DNA of 64,000 nt from Verrucomicrobiota bacterium (lineage in GTDB: Bacteria > Verrucomicrobiota > Verrucomicrobiia > Limisphaerales > AAA164-E04): assembly GCA_047947115.1 (NCBI GenBank), contig CP170459.1, positions 3,744,001 to 3,808,000 of the forward strand, written 5' to 3'. Shown one piece after another: positions 30,201-39,312 of this stretch. The notes beneath the pieces are model-generated. The model was not told where the DNA came from. It searched no databases and saw only the letters and a program-made list of their open reading frames with translations. Made by a program: the position numbers and the translations under genes. How positions within the stretch are numbered: the stretch's first letter is position 1; each line of letters starts with the position of its first letter.

Positions 30201-33200
30201 CGTGTTTGAGCAGATTGCGGAACCCATGCCAGCGGGAACGGAAGGAAGGATTCTTATCTCTGAAATCATGTATCATCCTGCCACACACAGGCCTAATGAA
30301 GAGTTCATCGAGTTGGTGAATGTGGATGATCATCCGGTGCAATTGCATGGGTGGAGCGTGGATCGAGGCATTTCGTTTGAATTCCCGGATGTGACGTTGG
30401 AGCCGGGTGGCTACGTCGTTGTGGCGGCGGATCCGGTGGCTTATCAGACTGCCTATCCGGATGCCCCGACGCCTCTGGGACCATGGTCGGGAAAACTCAA
30501 GAACTCAGGGGAACAGATCCGATTGAGGAATCATTTGAATCAGACAGTGGATGCTCTTGATTTTAAAGATGAGGGGGACTGGAGTGAAAGGGTCAGGGGA
30601 GTCCCGATGGGAGGACATCAGGGCTGGATGTGGTCCAATGCACATGATGGCGACGGGTATTCCCTTGAGCGAATCTCAATGAATGCCGACGGTAAACAGG
30701 GCCAGAATTGGGGCGCTTCAAAACAACTGGGCGGCACTCCCGGTGAGGTGAATTCCATCCATCAATCGATCCTGGCGCCATTCATCCTGCAGGTGAAGCA
30801 TACCCCCGCCGTACCAGGATCCGGCGACCATGTTTGGGTCAGTGCGAAGGTGGAACAAAGCGGAGATGAACCGCCATCCGCCGAAGTATGGTTTCGCATC
30901 GATGGGGAGACAGATTTTCAAATGCTGGCCATGCAAGATGATGGACTGGGCAAGGATCAAAAGGCAGGCGACGGTTTGTTTGGCGCCGAAATGCAACGGT
31001 TTCCAAACGGAACGATTGTTGAATTTTACGTAAAGGCAAAGAGTTCGAATGGCCTTACAAGGACCTGGCCCAACACGACTCCAGAAGGCCAGGTTGCCAA
31101 TGCCTTGTTTCAGGTGGATGACACAGTTTATCCGTCCCGGCATCCGGTTGCCCGGGTGATCACCACTGAGGCGGAGCGGCTGGAACTGGAGGCAATCGGG
31201 CGTTTGCCTTGGAACGCCAGTAGTGATGCGCAGATGAATGCCACATTTGTCATGATTGAAAACGGCATCGAAGAGATCCGGTATCAATCCGGTTTCCGTA
31301 TTCGGGGCACCACTTCGCGCAGTCTGAACCCAAAGAACCGGCGCGTTAATTTTCCCGGCGATCAACCCTGGCGTGGCAGGTCCTCCGTCCTGTTCAATGC
31401 AGTTAACGTGCCTTCCCACATCCTGGGATCCGAGCTGTTTCGCTTCGGTGGCGTGCCGGTATCTCCGGCCCGGCCTGTGATGTTTCTTGAAAACAATCGA
31501 AACCATGCTTCGGCTGATTTTTCCCAATTTGGCATGTATGCCCAGATGGAAGCCTTGAACGATTTGTTCGTGGAGCAACGATTCGCCGGGAATGAGAACG
31601 GGAATCTCTACCGACCCTACGGCTATGGAAATCTTGAGTTCCTGGGAACCGATCCGATGGCCTATCAGGAGCCAGGTTATTACGTGAAAGCAACCAATGT
31701 GGAAGAAAACGATTGGTCCGATTTGATTCGACTTACGCAGACATTGGCGGAGACATCCGATGCCCATTATGAAACCGCTGCTGAGACCGTGGCCCATGTA
31801 GAAGAGTGGTTGCGGTACTTTGCAATTGATACATTGACTGCCAACATGGAGACCAGTTTTGCCAACGGTGGAGCGGGGGACTATGCTTTTTATATCGGGG
31901 AAAGGGATCGTCGAGCGGTCCTGATTCCTTACGATCTGGACTCCCTGTTTGGGATGGCGGTAGGCGGTGTGGAGATGCCGATCTTTCGAGCCATCGCCAA
32001 GGAAGTGCCGGCTCGTTTCCTTCAATCTCCCGGGTTAGCACGTCGTTATTATCAGTTGTTGCAGTCTTTGGCCGATGACCTTTTTGCCCCGGAGAATATG
32101 AATGTTTTGTTGGGGAATACGCTCGGAAACTGGACATCTCCCTCTTTTGTAGAGCGTATCAGACAATTTGCCATGGCGCGGCGTAATGCGGTTCTGGCGC
32201 AGATTCCACGGTCTCTACAAGTGACGGTGGACCTTCCTTTGGCAGACCCGGATTACCTCCGCTATTACCAGTCCGCAACTTCGACGATATCCCTGCAGGG
32301 TGTCGCCAACGCATTGGAAACCGATCGTGTCCTCGTTCAGGGAATCGATGCCCGGTGGTCCGCATGGGAGGGTAAATGGTCCGTTCAGGATGTACCATTG
32401 CATGCCGGCGTGAATGAAATTGTGATTCAATCGCTGGATGCTTCAGGGGATGAAATTGAAAATCTGCGCTTGAGAGTGTTTTTTGAGGGGGGAACTTCCA
32501 GTTTATATTCGGGTGAACTGCAGGGGGACACGGTATGGAGCCCGGCCTCAAGCCCCATTCAAGTGGAAACGGATCTGGTGGTTCCCGAGGGGGTGACTTT
32601 GATCGTTCTGCCCGGGACTTCCGTAGAGTTTCTGGCCGGCTCCATGTTGACGGTTCGCGGAACATTGAAGGTCTTTGGCACTCCTGAGAACCGCGTTTAT
32701 TTCTCAGCACAACGATTTGCCGCCCAACGATGGGGGGGGATTCATTTTGACCACACCATGCAGCATAATGAATTGAACAACGTGACCATCGAATGGACGA
32801 TCTCTCCGGGTATCAATGTCGACCATTCGCGTTTGGACATTAAGGGAGGTCGATGGATAGGTGCTTACAATAGTTTTATCATCAGCTGGTATAGCACCCT
32901 TGCAGTGCGCGATTGCATTTTTCCTGACGTCACAGTCGGCGAGCCCATCGCTGGCATAGGAATTCCGGATGGTGGTTACTGGATTGTTGAGGGGTGTGAA
33001 TTTGGTAAAACGACCGGTTACTCGGATATTATTGATTTCACCGGAGGAAAATTGCCCGGGCCGGTCGCGCAATTCTTGAACAACCGGTTCAATGGCGGTC
33101 CGGATGATGCCCTGGATCTGGATGGTGGCGATGCCTATGTTGAAGGGAATATCTTCATGAATTTTCATCAAGCCAACGCCAGCGACAGTGAATCCCACGC

Positions 33201-35997
33201 TATTTCCACCGGACTTTACGATGGCGTGGCATCGAATCTCACCATCGTTCGAAACGTGTTCATCGACAATGACCATGACATATTGTTAAAGGAGTGGTCA
33301 TCTGCCCACGTGGCGCACAACACCTTTATTAACTCCAAAAAGGGCGCGATCAGCCTGAGAGAACAAGTGCGTCAAACACAGCCTCCCTTGTCACTGCACA
33401 TGGAAGGCAATCTTTTTCGTTGTGAAAAGGTGCTGCATGCCCTTGAGGATATTTGGGGATTGTTTCCCGACTATAAAGTTTCCATTCATCATTCAGTCCT
33501 GCCCGAACCTTGGGATGCGTTTGGGGAAGGCAATCGGGTTTTGGAGCCATTGTTTGTGGATGAAGAGATCCTTGATTATCGCCTGGTTGAGCATTCCGGA
33601 CTGCAGGGGTTGGGGACATTGGGATTGGATCCCGGGGCATATGTTCCGTCCGGAGTAGCCGTCGCAGGCATTCCCTGGACCCCTTTGCCGACACGATCCA
33701 TTGAACTGGAAGTGGGAGGCCCGGGGGTTGTGGCTTATCGTTGCCAGGTGAATGACGGGGACTGGAGTGTTGAGATGCCAGTGGATACGCCCGTTGTTCT
33801 CACTGATCTGGCGGATGGAGTTCATCAATTGAAATTCGTCGGAAAAAATGTGGCGGGTGTATGGCAAACCGAAGAGGATGCATATGTTTCGCCTTCATTC
33901 GTCGTGGATGCAAACGCTTCACCCATTCGGCTGAATGAAATACTGGCGCAGCCGATCTCCTGGTCCGATGATCCGATGCGAAAGTGGGAATTTGTTGAGT
34001 TGATTCACTTGGGGAATCGGGTTCATTTGCTCAAAGATTATACCCTCAGCGATGATCCCGCGGTGCCCGATAAATTTCGGTTTTCCCAGATTGCCCTCAT
34101 GGAGCCCGGTAAACATTTGGTGGTGGGTGAAGATGGAAATCACTCCCTTCAAAAATGGATGCTTCCATTCGGACTCAAAGGGCAGGGTGAATCGGTTTAT
34201 CTCTACAGGCAAATCGGCGAGTCTTTTCAGTTGGTGGACCAGATCACATTCGGGATGCAACCTGAGGGATGGTCCCTGGGAAGGGATGCTTCAGGCCGCT
34301 GGTCGGCCAGTGCCCCTTCACCCGGTGGGCCAAACCGTCATTCCATACGCCTGGGATCATCGTCGGATGTGATGATCAGTGAGTGGACTCCTTTGGAAGC
34401 AGGAGATTTCAAAAGCGGATTTATTGAATTGCACAACACAAGTGCCTGGCCGGTTGATCTGTCCGGGTGGAGACTTGGATCCGAACCGCTTGCCTTTGCG
34501 GATTCCATGCTGTTTCCTGAACTTTCCTTCATCGGACCCAACGAATATTTGATCTTGGAGAAAGGGAAAAGTGTCTGGGATCTTCCGGTGGGCATGGGGG
34601 GTGAGCAGGACGCGTGGTCTTTGCGCAATGAGAAGGGGGACGTGGTGGATCGGGTCTGGCATGCCAATCCGCGATCCGGCTACAGTTTTCGCAGGGACTC
34701 GACAGACCCCACCGCGCTGGTTCAGGGATCACCTTCACCCCAGCAGCGTGATGAAGTTGTCTTAGGTCAATCCGCTTTGCTTATTAATGAGATTGCCGCA
34801 GACAATCGGGCTTTCCTGAGTCCATGGTCCACTTTCGCGGATTGGGTGGAAATATGGAATGCCTCAGGAGACATCGTTTCCCTGGATGGGATCGGTTTAA
34901 GTGATGATGGTGAGGATCCATTTAAATGGATTTTCCCGGAAGGAACACAGTTGGCACCTTTTGAGGTGATTGTTGTCTGGCTGGACGCAGATCATCCAGC
35001 AGGAGTCGCCAATGCCGGTTTCAGGTTGAAATCGGGCGGCGACCAGCTTTGGCTATTTGATGCTCAGAAGAGAGGCGGTGAGCTTATGGACACGGTTGTC
35101 TTTGGTCTTCAGATTCCTTCCTTTACCATCGGTCGAGATCCGGGGAGCTTGGAATGGGGCTTGACCGAACCCAGTCCGGGATGGGGGAACTCCAGCGTTG
35201 TTCTGGGTGATTCTCAATCCGTGAAAATAAATGAATGGATGGCTGATCCGGTTTCCGGCCCGGATTGGGTGGAATTGTTCAATACGTCCGATCAACCAGT
35301 TTCCCTTGCGGGCATGCGTCTTTCCGACGATCCAACCGATGCAACGAAGCATTTCTTTACACCTCTATCCTTTTTAGGGGTAGGAGTAGGCGCTTACTTG
35401 CAGATAGAAGCAGATGGCAATGGCAATCAGAACCGTGAAGCCGGATTCAAAATTTCGGCTGGCGGTGAATCTCTGGCCTTGTTCGGCAGTGATGGGCATC
35501 TTGTTGATTGGGTCGATTTTGGCCGCCAGGAAACCGGTGTTTCCCAAGGGCGCTGGCCTGATGGTTTCGAAGTGGTGTTTGATTTCTTTCAGTCAGTGAG
35601 TCCCGAAAGAATGAACGTGTTGGATGGAGATCTCGACGGTTTGCCCGATCGATGGGAATTGTCCAACGGCTTTGATCCTGATCTGGCGGGAGAAGCCGCC
35701 TTGGATCCTGATAACGATGGAGTGTCAACCTACCATGAATACCTGGGGCATACCGATCCAAACGATGCGTCCAGTGTATTTGGCATTGAACAAATCGGAC
35801 TGGACGAAACGCGTTGGATCATCACTTTCCAAGGAAGATCCCAGCGGGGCTACGAAGTGCAAACCACCTCCGATCTGACCTCGGACACATGGCAGACTAT
35901 CTGGGAGGTGGCTCCCGTGAGCGAAGATGTTGAACTCACCCTTCAACTCCCGTTGGAGGAGGAAAGCAAGTTTATCCGACTGCAGGCCTTTCAGTGA
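27292..35997 (+). CDS. Giant (~2900 aa) secreted protein with multiple lamin-tail domains, two CotH-kinase-like domains and a beta-helix region
   Basis: Repeated INE..(D/E)WVEL.N...DL.G..LSD LTD motifs; IRYTLNGDEP; CotH motifs DNFDWPNNN..WMPFDVD and LIPYDLD; DGDLDGLPDRWE. Start uncertain (27244/27292/27364). Confidence 0.88.
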   Translation: MTRDLLKQTCKKPVQTFCVQSGPGMQAFLVWMACFLFSMQVNAQVHTIRIDEVMPHNGRTLSDESGKFPDWVELVNTGNQVVDLRDHGLSIDPERPFLFQFPTYQLAPGERVVVFCSGRDDVPLAPVRPRGESAVKPSMDGVVFHLDASVQGAFELHGNGGIAQWADQSGQGHHARQTEPERAPVFSRLAPQGTPAVFFDGENDFFELDPLNNTKMVFWVGAEHPFATDDFRPILGHSTQSPMIRGSNHQLVHHWYGTTWLNSGIFMNGQLIDGAIEAAPLSTALLTFRTQAPQAINTLGTDRFIDNQYWHGWFSELIFFDRLLGSDEEAEIQRYLMEKWGLPTRYFHAPFTLPNENGLLLLSGPEGARLDAVALKRTLRDVSLQRLADRNEFGFVKHPSPGSPPQDNGYMGILEPVHASIAAGVYDQPVSVELGHEDGAVQIRYTLNGDEPGEDSILYSTPISIARSSVLKAKAFRQDYLSGETMTASYLIEFPTTIPVVSISGPPDDWFSAERGIYALGERADAERPHFGANFWQAWEREVEFEWFEPTGERTHQQRAGAKIHGGWSRASDQKSVVLIARSRYGNNRFDGRFFDSNEKVSVKQLLLRNGGNDWTLAMLRDPLGQSLMGDIGLDTQPYRPVHVFLNGEYYGMHNLRQRANEHFLSAETGIPDDQMDVVASNFDALAGDHAGALAFIRWIALQDASDPKFEEELERQMDLDNFLDYMIGEICIDNFDWPNNNVRFWKERQPDARWRWMPFDVDGAFNPLGWSIQVNTIRRIINYKVHSAAKVFVAVTENEALLRRFILRFQHRLNNTFSTHNMLSRLESMASAIRPEMPRHIERWKGSKVGNLSFPNTINEWEERLDVIREFASERPDAIRGFVASEFGLEEPVSIRLNVPSSDTGEIRIDGLPLVHPQDGPWEGQFFTEYDITVSAQPKNGFAFRGWAELNTTSPEITVSPSRIRSLTPVFEQIAEPMPAGTEGRILISEIMYHPATHRPNEEFIELVNVDDHPVQLHGWSVDRGISFEFPDVTLEPGGYVVVAADPVAYQTAYPDAPTPLGPWSGKLKNSGEQIRLRNHLNQTVDALDFKDEGDWSERVRGVPMGGHQGWMWSNAHDGDGYSLERISMNADGKQGQNWGASKQLGGTPGEVNSIHQSILAPFILQVKHTPAVPGSGDHVWVSAKVEQSGDEPPSAEVWFRIDGETDFQMLAMQDDGLGKDQKAGDGLFGAEMQRFPNGTIVEFYVKAKSSNGLTRTWPNTTPEGQVANALFQVDDTVYPSRHPVARVITTEAERLELEAIGRLPWNASSDAQMNATFVMIENGIEEIRYQSGFRIRGTTSRSLNPKNRRVNFPGDQPWRGRSSVLFNAVNVPSHILGSELFRFGGVPVSPARPVMFLENNRNHASADFSQFGMYAQMEALNDLFVEQRFAGNENGNLYRPYGYGNLEFLGTDPMAYQEPGYYVKATNVEENDWSDLIRLTQTLAETSDAHYETAAETVAHVEEWLRYFAIDTLTANMETSFANGGAGDYAFYIGERDRRAVLIPYDLDSLFGMAVGGVEMPIFRAIAKEVPARFLQSPGLARRYYQLLQSLADDLFAPENMNVLLGNTLGNWTSPSFVERIRQFAMARRNAVLAQIPRSLQVTVDLPLADPDYLRYYQSATSTISLQGVANALETDRVLVQGIDARWSAWEGKWSVQDVPLHAGVNEIVIQSLDASGDEIENLRLRVFFEGGTSSLYSGELQGDTVWSPASSPIQVETDLVVPEGVTLIVLPGTSVEFLAGSMLTVRGTLKVFGTPENRVYFSAQRFAAQRWGGIHFDHTMQHNELNNVTIEWTISPGINVDHSRLDIKGGRWIGAYNSFIISWYSTLAVRDCIFPDVTVGEPIAGIGIPDGGYWIVEGCEFGKTTGYSDIIDFTGGKLPGPVAQFLNNRFNGGPDDALDLDGGDAYVEGNIFMNFHQANASDSESHAISTGLYDGVASNLTIVRNVFIDNDHDILLKEWSSAHVAHNTFINSKKGAISLREQVRQTQPPLSLHMEGNLFRCEKVLHALEDIWGLFPDYKVSIHHSVLPEPWDAFGEGNRVLEPLFVDEEILDYRLVEHSGLQGLGTLGLDPGAYVPSGVAVAGIPWTPLPTRSIELEVGGPGVVAYRCQVNDGDWSVEMPVDTPVVLTDLADGVHQLKFVGKNVAGVWQTEEDAYVSPSFVVDANASPIRLNEILAQPISWSDDPMRKWEFVELIHLGNRVHLLKDYTLSDDPAVPDKFRFSQIALMEPGKHLVVGEDGNHSLQKWMLPFGLKGQGESVYLYRQIGESFQLVDQITFGMQPEGWSLGRDASGRWSASAPSPGGPNRHSIRLGSSSDVMISEWTPLEAGDFKSGFIELHNTSAWPVDLSGWRLGSEPLAFADSMLFPELSFIGPNEYLILEKGKSVWDLPVGMGGEQDAWSLRNEKGDVVDRVWHANPRSGYSFRRDSTDPTALVQGSPSPQQRDEVVLGQSALLINEIAADNRAFLSPWSTFADWVEIWNASGDIVSLDGIGLSDDGEDPFKWIFPEGTQLAPFEVIVVWLDADHPAGVANAGFRLKSGGDQLWLFDAQKRGGELMDTVVFGLQIPSFTIGRDPGSLEWGLTEPSPGWGNSSVVLGDSQSVKINEWMADPVSGPDWVELFNTSDQPVSLAGMRLSDDPTDATKHFFTPLSFLGVGVGAYLQIEADGNGNQNREAGFKISAGGESLALFGSDGHLVDWVDFGRQETGVSQGRWPDGFEVVFDFFQSVSPERMNVLDGDLDGLPDRWELSNGFDPDLAGEAALDPDNDGVSTYHEYLGHTDPNDASSVFGIEQIGLDETRWIITFQGRSQRGYEVQTTSDLTSDTWQTIWEVAPVSEDVELTLQLPLEEESKFIRLQAFQ

Positions 35998-35998
35998 C

Positions 35999-36133
35999 TC
36001 AAGCGTCCTGGCTGGGGCCTTTCAGGACTTTGTAAAGGCAAAGCAGAAAGAGTGTGGTAACAGATCCTACCGAAAGGATCATCATCAACCAACCACCCGT
36101 CGTCAGACCTTCAGCCAAAATGGGGAATATCAT
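35999..36133 (-). CDS. 44-aa membrane peptide, probable small subunit (MetS-like) of the NSS transporter
   Basis: MIFPILAEGLTTGGWLMMILSVGSVTTLFLLCLYKVLKGPSQDA. ATGA overlap with the transporter stop; GGAGG lies 7 nt upstream. Confidence 0.78.
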   Translation of the reverse strand: MIFPILAEGLTTGGWLMMILSVGSVTTLFLLCLYKVLKGPSQDA

Positions 36134-37767
36134 ATGGAAACCTCCTCGTCTTCCTTTTCGTGTTGTTGCCACCGTTTACCGGCCTGGGCGGCCAGGGCGC
36201 ACATGAAACCGATCACCACCAGGATCAAAGCAACACTCAATCGTGCGGCCGGACTTGCGGGGGTGTCTTTTGAGCCGATTAAATCCAGCATATAACCGCT
36301 CAAAGCAAATTCACCTGTTTCAAGACTGTATCCAAAAACGTTGGTCAAAACCCACATCGCAAAAATGGCCAGCAAAAAGAAAGGGCACAGGTATTTGATG
36401 ACAATCTTGTAGATAGACGGAACGCGAATTTCGGCTCCCCGATGCATTTCTTCCCATCCTTTTTCGATGCCAATGACCCAGCCGAAGATGATGATCTGAA
36501 TGGTAGCCAGAACAAACAGCGAAAAGGTTCCCACCCAGAAATCAATGGTGTCGAGTGCTTTGATGTCTTTGCTGAACCAGACCACGAACAAACACCCCAT
36601 GGCAGTGACTAATCCAAGCAAGGCGACCGACTGTTTACGGTTCATCCCTGTGCTTTCTTCCAAAAAGGCAATGCCCGGTTGGAGCATTGAGAGCGAACTG
36701 GTCACCGCTGCCAGGAAGAGCAGGATGAAGAAGATGGAGCCAAACACCACCCCGGCGGGCATATTGGCAAAGACCAGCGGCAGGACCTTGAAACCCAGTG
36801 CGAAGGTGCCCTGGCCGACAATACCAGCGGCTCCCAGGAACATGTATGCGGCAGGAATCGTAATCATCCCACCCAAGGCGACTTCGCAGAATTCATTGGC
36901 GCTGGTGGCACTCAAACCGCTCAGCACCACGTCGTCCTTTTGTTTCATATAACTGGCATAGACGATAATCACTCCAAAACCTACTGACAGGGAGAAAAAG
37001 ATCTGTCCGGCGGCTGCCAGCCAGAGTTCCGGATTCTTGAGTTTTTGAACCAGATTGCCGGGGTTCCACATGTAGGCCAGGCCGTTCATGACATTTTGGT
37101 CTGGGTGATCCGCCAACGGAGTTCCAAGAGTTAATACCCGCACTGCTATCACAATAGCCAACAACACCAACAACGGCATTGCGAACTTACAGAACCATTC
37201 GATTCCTTTGTTCAACCCTCGATAAATGAGGAAAAAGTTGAACAGGAATACCAAACCCAAGTAGAAACCGACTTGGTTCATGCCAAATCCTATCGCCGAA
37301 CCATCTTCCCCGATCCCTATAAATTTTCCCCAAAAATCACCGTAGGCATCGACTTCGTTGCCAAAACTGAGGTTGCCCGTTAAAAAATTCACCGCATATC
37401 CCAGGCACCACGCCTCGATATAAACGTAATACATGTAGATAATGACCGGAATGATCACCCCCAGCACCCCGATATACTTGGCGTAAGGTTTTTTAAGGAT
37501 GGCGTGGAAAATGCCGGGTGTGGAATTGTAGCCACGCTGCCCCCCATAACGTCCCATGGTCCATTCCGCCCAACAAATGGGGATGCCAATGATCAGGAGT
37601 GAAATGAAGTAGGCAACCATGAAAGCGCCCCCGCCATCGTCGCCTCCATATTTGGCAGCCTGTCCGGGAAATCGCAGGAAATTGCCCAACCCGACAGCGC
37701 TGCCCGCGACTGCCAGGATCACGCCCAGGCGCGAGCCCCACGATTCGGTGGTCTTGGTGTTTTGCAT
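36130..37767 (-). CDS. Sodium-dependent transporter, neurotransmitter:sodium symporter (NSS) family
   Basis: AGSAVGLGNFLRFP, GGGAFM, WLAAAGQIFFSLS and AAVTSSLS. Confidence 0.95.
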   Translation of the reverse strand: MQNTKTTESWGSRLGVILAVAGSAVGLGNFLRFPGQAAKYGGDDGGGAFMVAYFISLLIIGIPICWAEWTMGRYGGQRGYNSTPGIFHAILKKPYAKYIGVLGVIIPVIIYMYYVYIEAWCLGYAVNFLTGNLSFGNEVDAYGDFWGKFIGIGEDGSAIGFGMNQVGFYLGLVFLFNFFLIYRGLNKGIEWFCKFAMPLLVLLAIVIAVRVLTLGTPLADHPDQNVMNGLAYMWNPGNLVQKLKNPELWLAAAGQIFFSLSVGFGVIIVYASYMKQKDDVVLSGLSATSANEFCEVALGGMITIPAAYMFLGAAGIVGQGTFALGFKVLPLVFANMPAGVVFGSIFFILLFLAAVTSSLSMLQPGIAFLEESTGMNRKQSVALLGLVTAMGCLFVVWFSKDIKALDTIDFWVGTFSLFVLATIQIIIFGWVIGIEKGWEEMHRGAEIRVPSIYKIVIKYLCPFFLLAIFAMWVLTNVFGYSLETGEFALSGYMLDLIGSKDTPASPAARLSVALILVVIGFMCALAAQAGKRWQQHEKEDEEVSI

Positions 37768-37825
37768 GAGGCGGAATCCTAAGGACTGATTCCCGCTTTG
37801 GCCAGTCGATAATTTGGGTTCCTCA

Positions 37826-37851
37826 TTTAATGGATGAACTGGTCCATTAAA
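37826..37851. terminator. Hairpin downstream of the toxin gene
   Basis: TTTAATGGA-N8-TCCATTAAA inverted repeat. Confidence 0.4.
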
Positions 37852-37864
37852 CTACATGCCTCAA

Positions 37865-38266
37865 TCAGCTACAGGCATTTACCGTCGAGACACCTTCATA
37901 TGCCAGTATGCGTTCATCTGCTGTCAATAAACGCAAGGAATTCAGGCGAGCGGTTGCCACCAGAATCCGGTCAGCGGGATCGGCATGAAATTCTCCGGGT
38001 AACTGATAGGATTCAAAAGCAACTGCCTCTTCTATTGGTTGAATTCTAGCGTTCAAAAAGAGTGATGCCTTTTGGAACCAATCGCGCACAGGTATTCCTA
38101 GATCCAATTTTCCGCCGTGTGCCAAACGGCTGATTTCAAGTGCAGATATCGCGCTTATCCACAGGGTGTTGGATTCATTTTTAAGAATTTGGCAGGCTTT
38201 TTTCCCCAGCCTGGGTGAAGCGATTTGAGACCATACAATGACATGTGTATCCAGCAGGATATTCAC
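37865..38266 (-). CDS. vapC: Type II toxin, PIN domain (VapC family)
   Basis: ILLDTHVIVW, ISAISALEI, HADPADRILVATA and LLTAD. GTG start overlaps the antitoxin stop (GTGA). Confidence 0.92.
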   Translation of the reverse strand: MNILLDTHVIVWSQIASPRLGKKACQILKNESNTLWISAISALEISRLAHGGKLDLGIPVRDWFQKASLFLNARIQPIEEAVAFESYQLPGEFHADPADRILVATARLNSLRLLTADERILAYEGVSTVNACS

Positions 38267-38490
38267 AATGACATTTCCCAATCTTTGTCAAAATCTGTAT
38301 GAACAATGTCTCCGTGCACTTTGGTCACATCACGTAGTGCTCCAAGTGTGCGACTTTTTGGTTTGATAGGCTTAATGACAGCCAATGGTTGCCCTCGCAA
38401 AGTTACTGTCATTGATTCGCCGGTCTGATTGACTTCTTTGAGGATGCCAATGCACTTGGCTTTGAATTCTGAAATGATCACGGTTTTCAT
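38263..38490 (-). CDS. Type II antitoxin, Phd/YefM family
   Basis: MKTVIISEFKAKCIGILKEVNQTGESMTVTLRGQPLAVIKP. Confidence 0.9.
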   Translation of the reverse strand: MKTVIISEFKAKCIGILKEVNQTGESMTVTLRGQPLAVIKPIKPKSRTLGALRDVTKVHGDIVHTDFDKDWEMSL

Positions 38491-38500
38491 TGATTTAACC

Positions 38501-38524
38501 TGACTTAGTGATGTGACCAGGTCA
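38501..38524. promoter_or_regulatory. Probable TA operator: TGACC-A-GGTCA palindrome plus degenerate neighbour TGACT-T-AGTGA
   Basis: Tandem 11-bp palindromes 11-34 nt upstream of the antitoxin ATG. Confidence 0.55.
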
Positions 38525-38641
38525 ATAGCAAAGCGAATATCCAAATTTGCCGCATACTCTGTTCACCGCATTAGGTGAATTCCATCCCTTCAATCCTGTT
38601 CATCCTGTCCAAAAAAAAGACATCCAACACTTCAAAGCCTT

Positions 38642-39286
38642 TCACTCCAATAAATCAGCCCGTAGTTTGGGGGGCAATCCCAAGTGGTAGGTCATGAATC
38701 TCCCGAGGTATTTGAAGATTTCCAATCGAACTTTTGAAAGATGATCGGAAGTAAAATCAATGTCATTGGTCCCTTCTTCCGACCAAACCTTGAAGGTTTG
38801 CTTGGCTTCGGCGCTCAGGCGGTCATTTTTCCATTGAGGTTCGAGCCCCAGGATCCTGAGAAGGATGAATTCGAAATTGAGGACATGCAACAGGTCGGTC
38901 TCCTTTACCTTATTCAACGGTTCAAGAAAGTGGCCCATCAACTCAAACATGCCGTCGGCAGGTGTGTCTTCCTCGGTACTTTTGCTGATTAATTGCGCGA
39001 CATAGGTGGCCTGATTGACTTTGTCCATGTCGCGACTCAACCTTTCAAAGACCTTGGTCAAACTAACCTCTCGCAAGGTGTGCAGGGTGGATCGATGGCT
39101 GCGTTGGTAAGTGAGCTGGCAGTGATGAAACAAATCCAGTTTGCCGCGGAATTCTGATTTGGGTCTCAGTGCTCCTTTGGCCATGGTGGCGATACGACCG
39201 GCGTCCTGGGTCAGCCAATGGACGATCAGGCTCGATTCGGAATAGCGAATCACTCGCAGGACGATGCCTTGTGTTTGCTCGGTCAT
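38642..39286 (-). CDS. recO: DNA repair protein RecO
   Basis: GIVLRVIRYSESSLIVHWLT..GRI..MAKGALRPKS; located beside ybeY and phoH. Confidence 0.92.
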   Translation of the reverse strand: MTEQTQGIVLRVIRYSESSLIVHWLTQDAGRIATMAKGALRPKSEFRGKLDLFHHCQLTYQRSHRSTLHTLREVSLTKVFERLSRDMDKVNQATYVAQLISKSTEEDTPADGMFELMGHFLEPLNKVKETDLLHVLNFEFILLRILGLEPQWKNDRLSAEAKQTFKVWSEEGTNDIDFTSDHLSKVRLEIFKYLGRFMTYHLGLPPKLRADLLE

Positions 39287-39312
39287 GCAGGGGGGCTGAG
39301 GTGATCGGTTGA

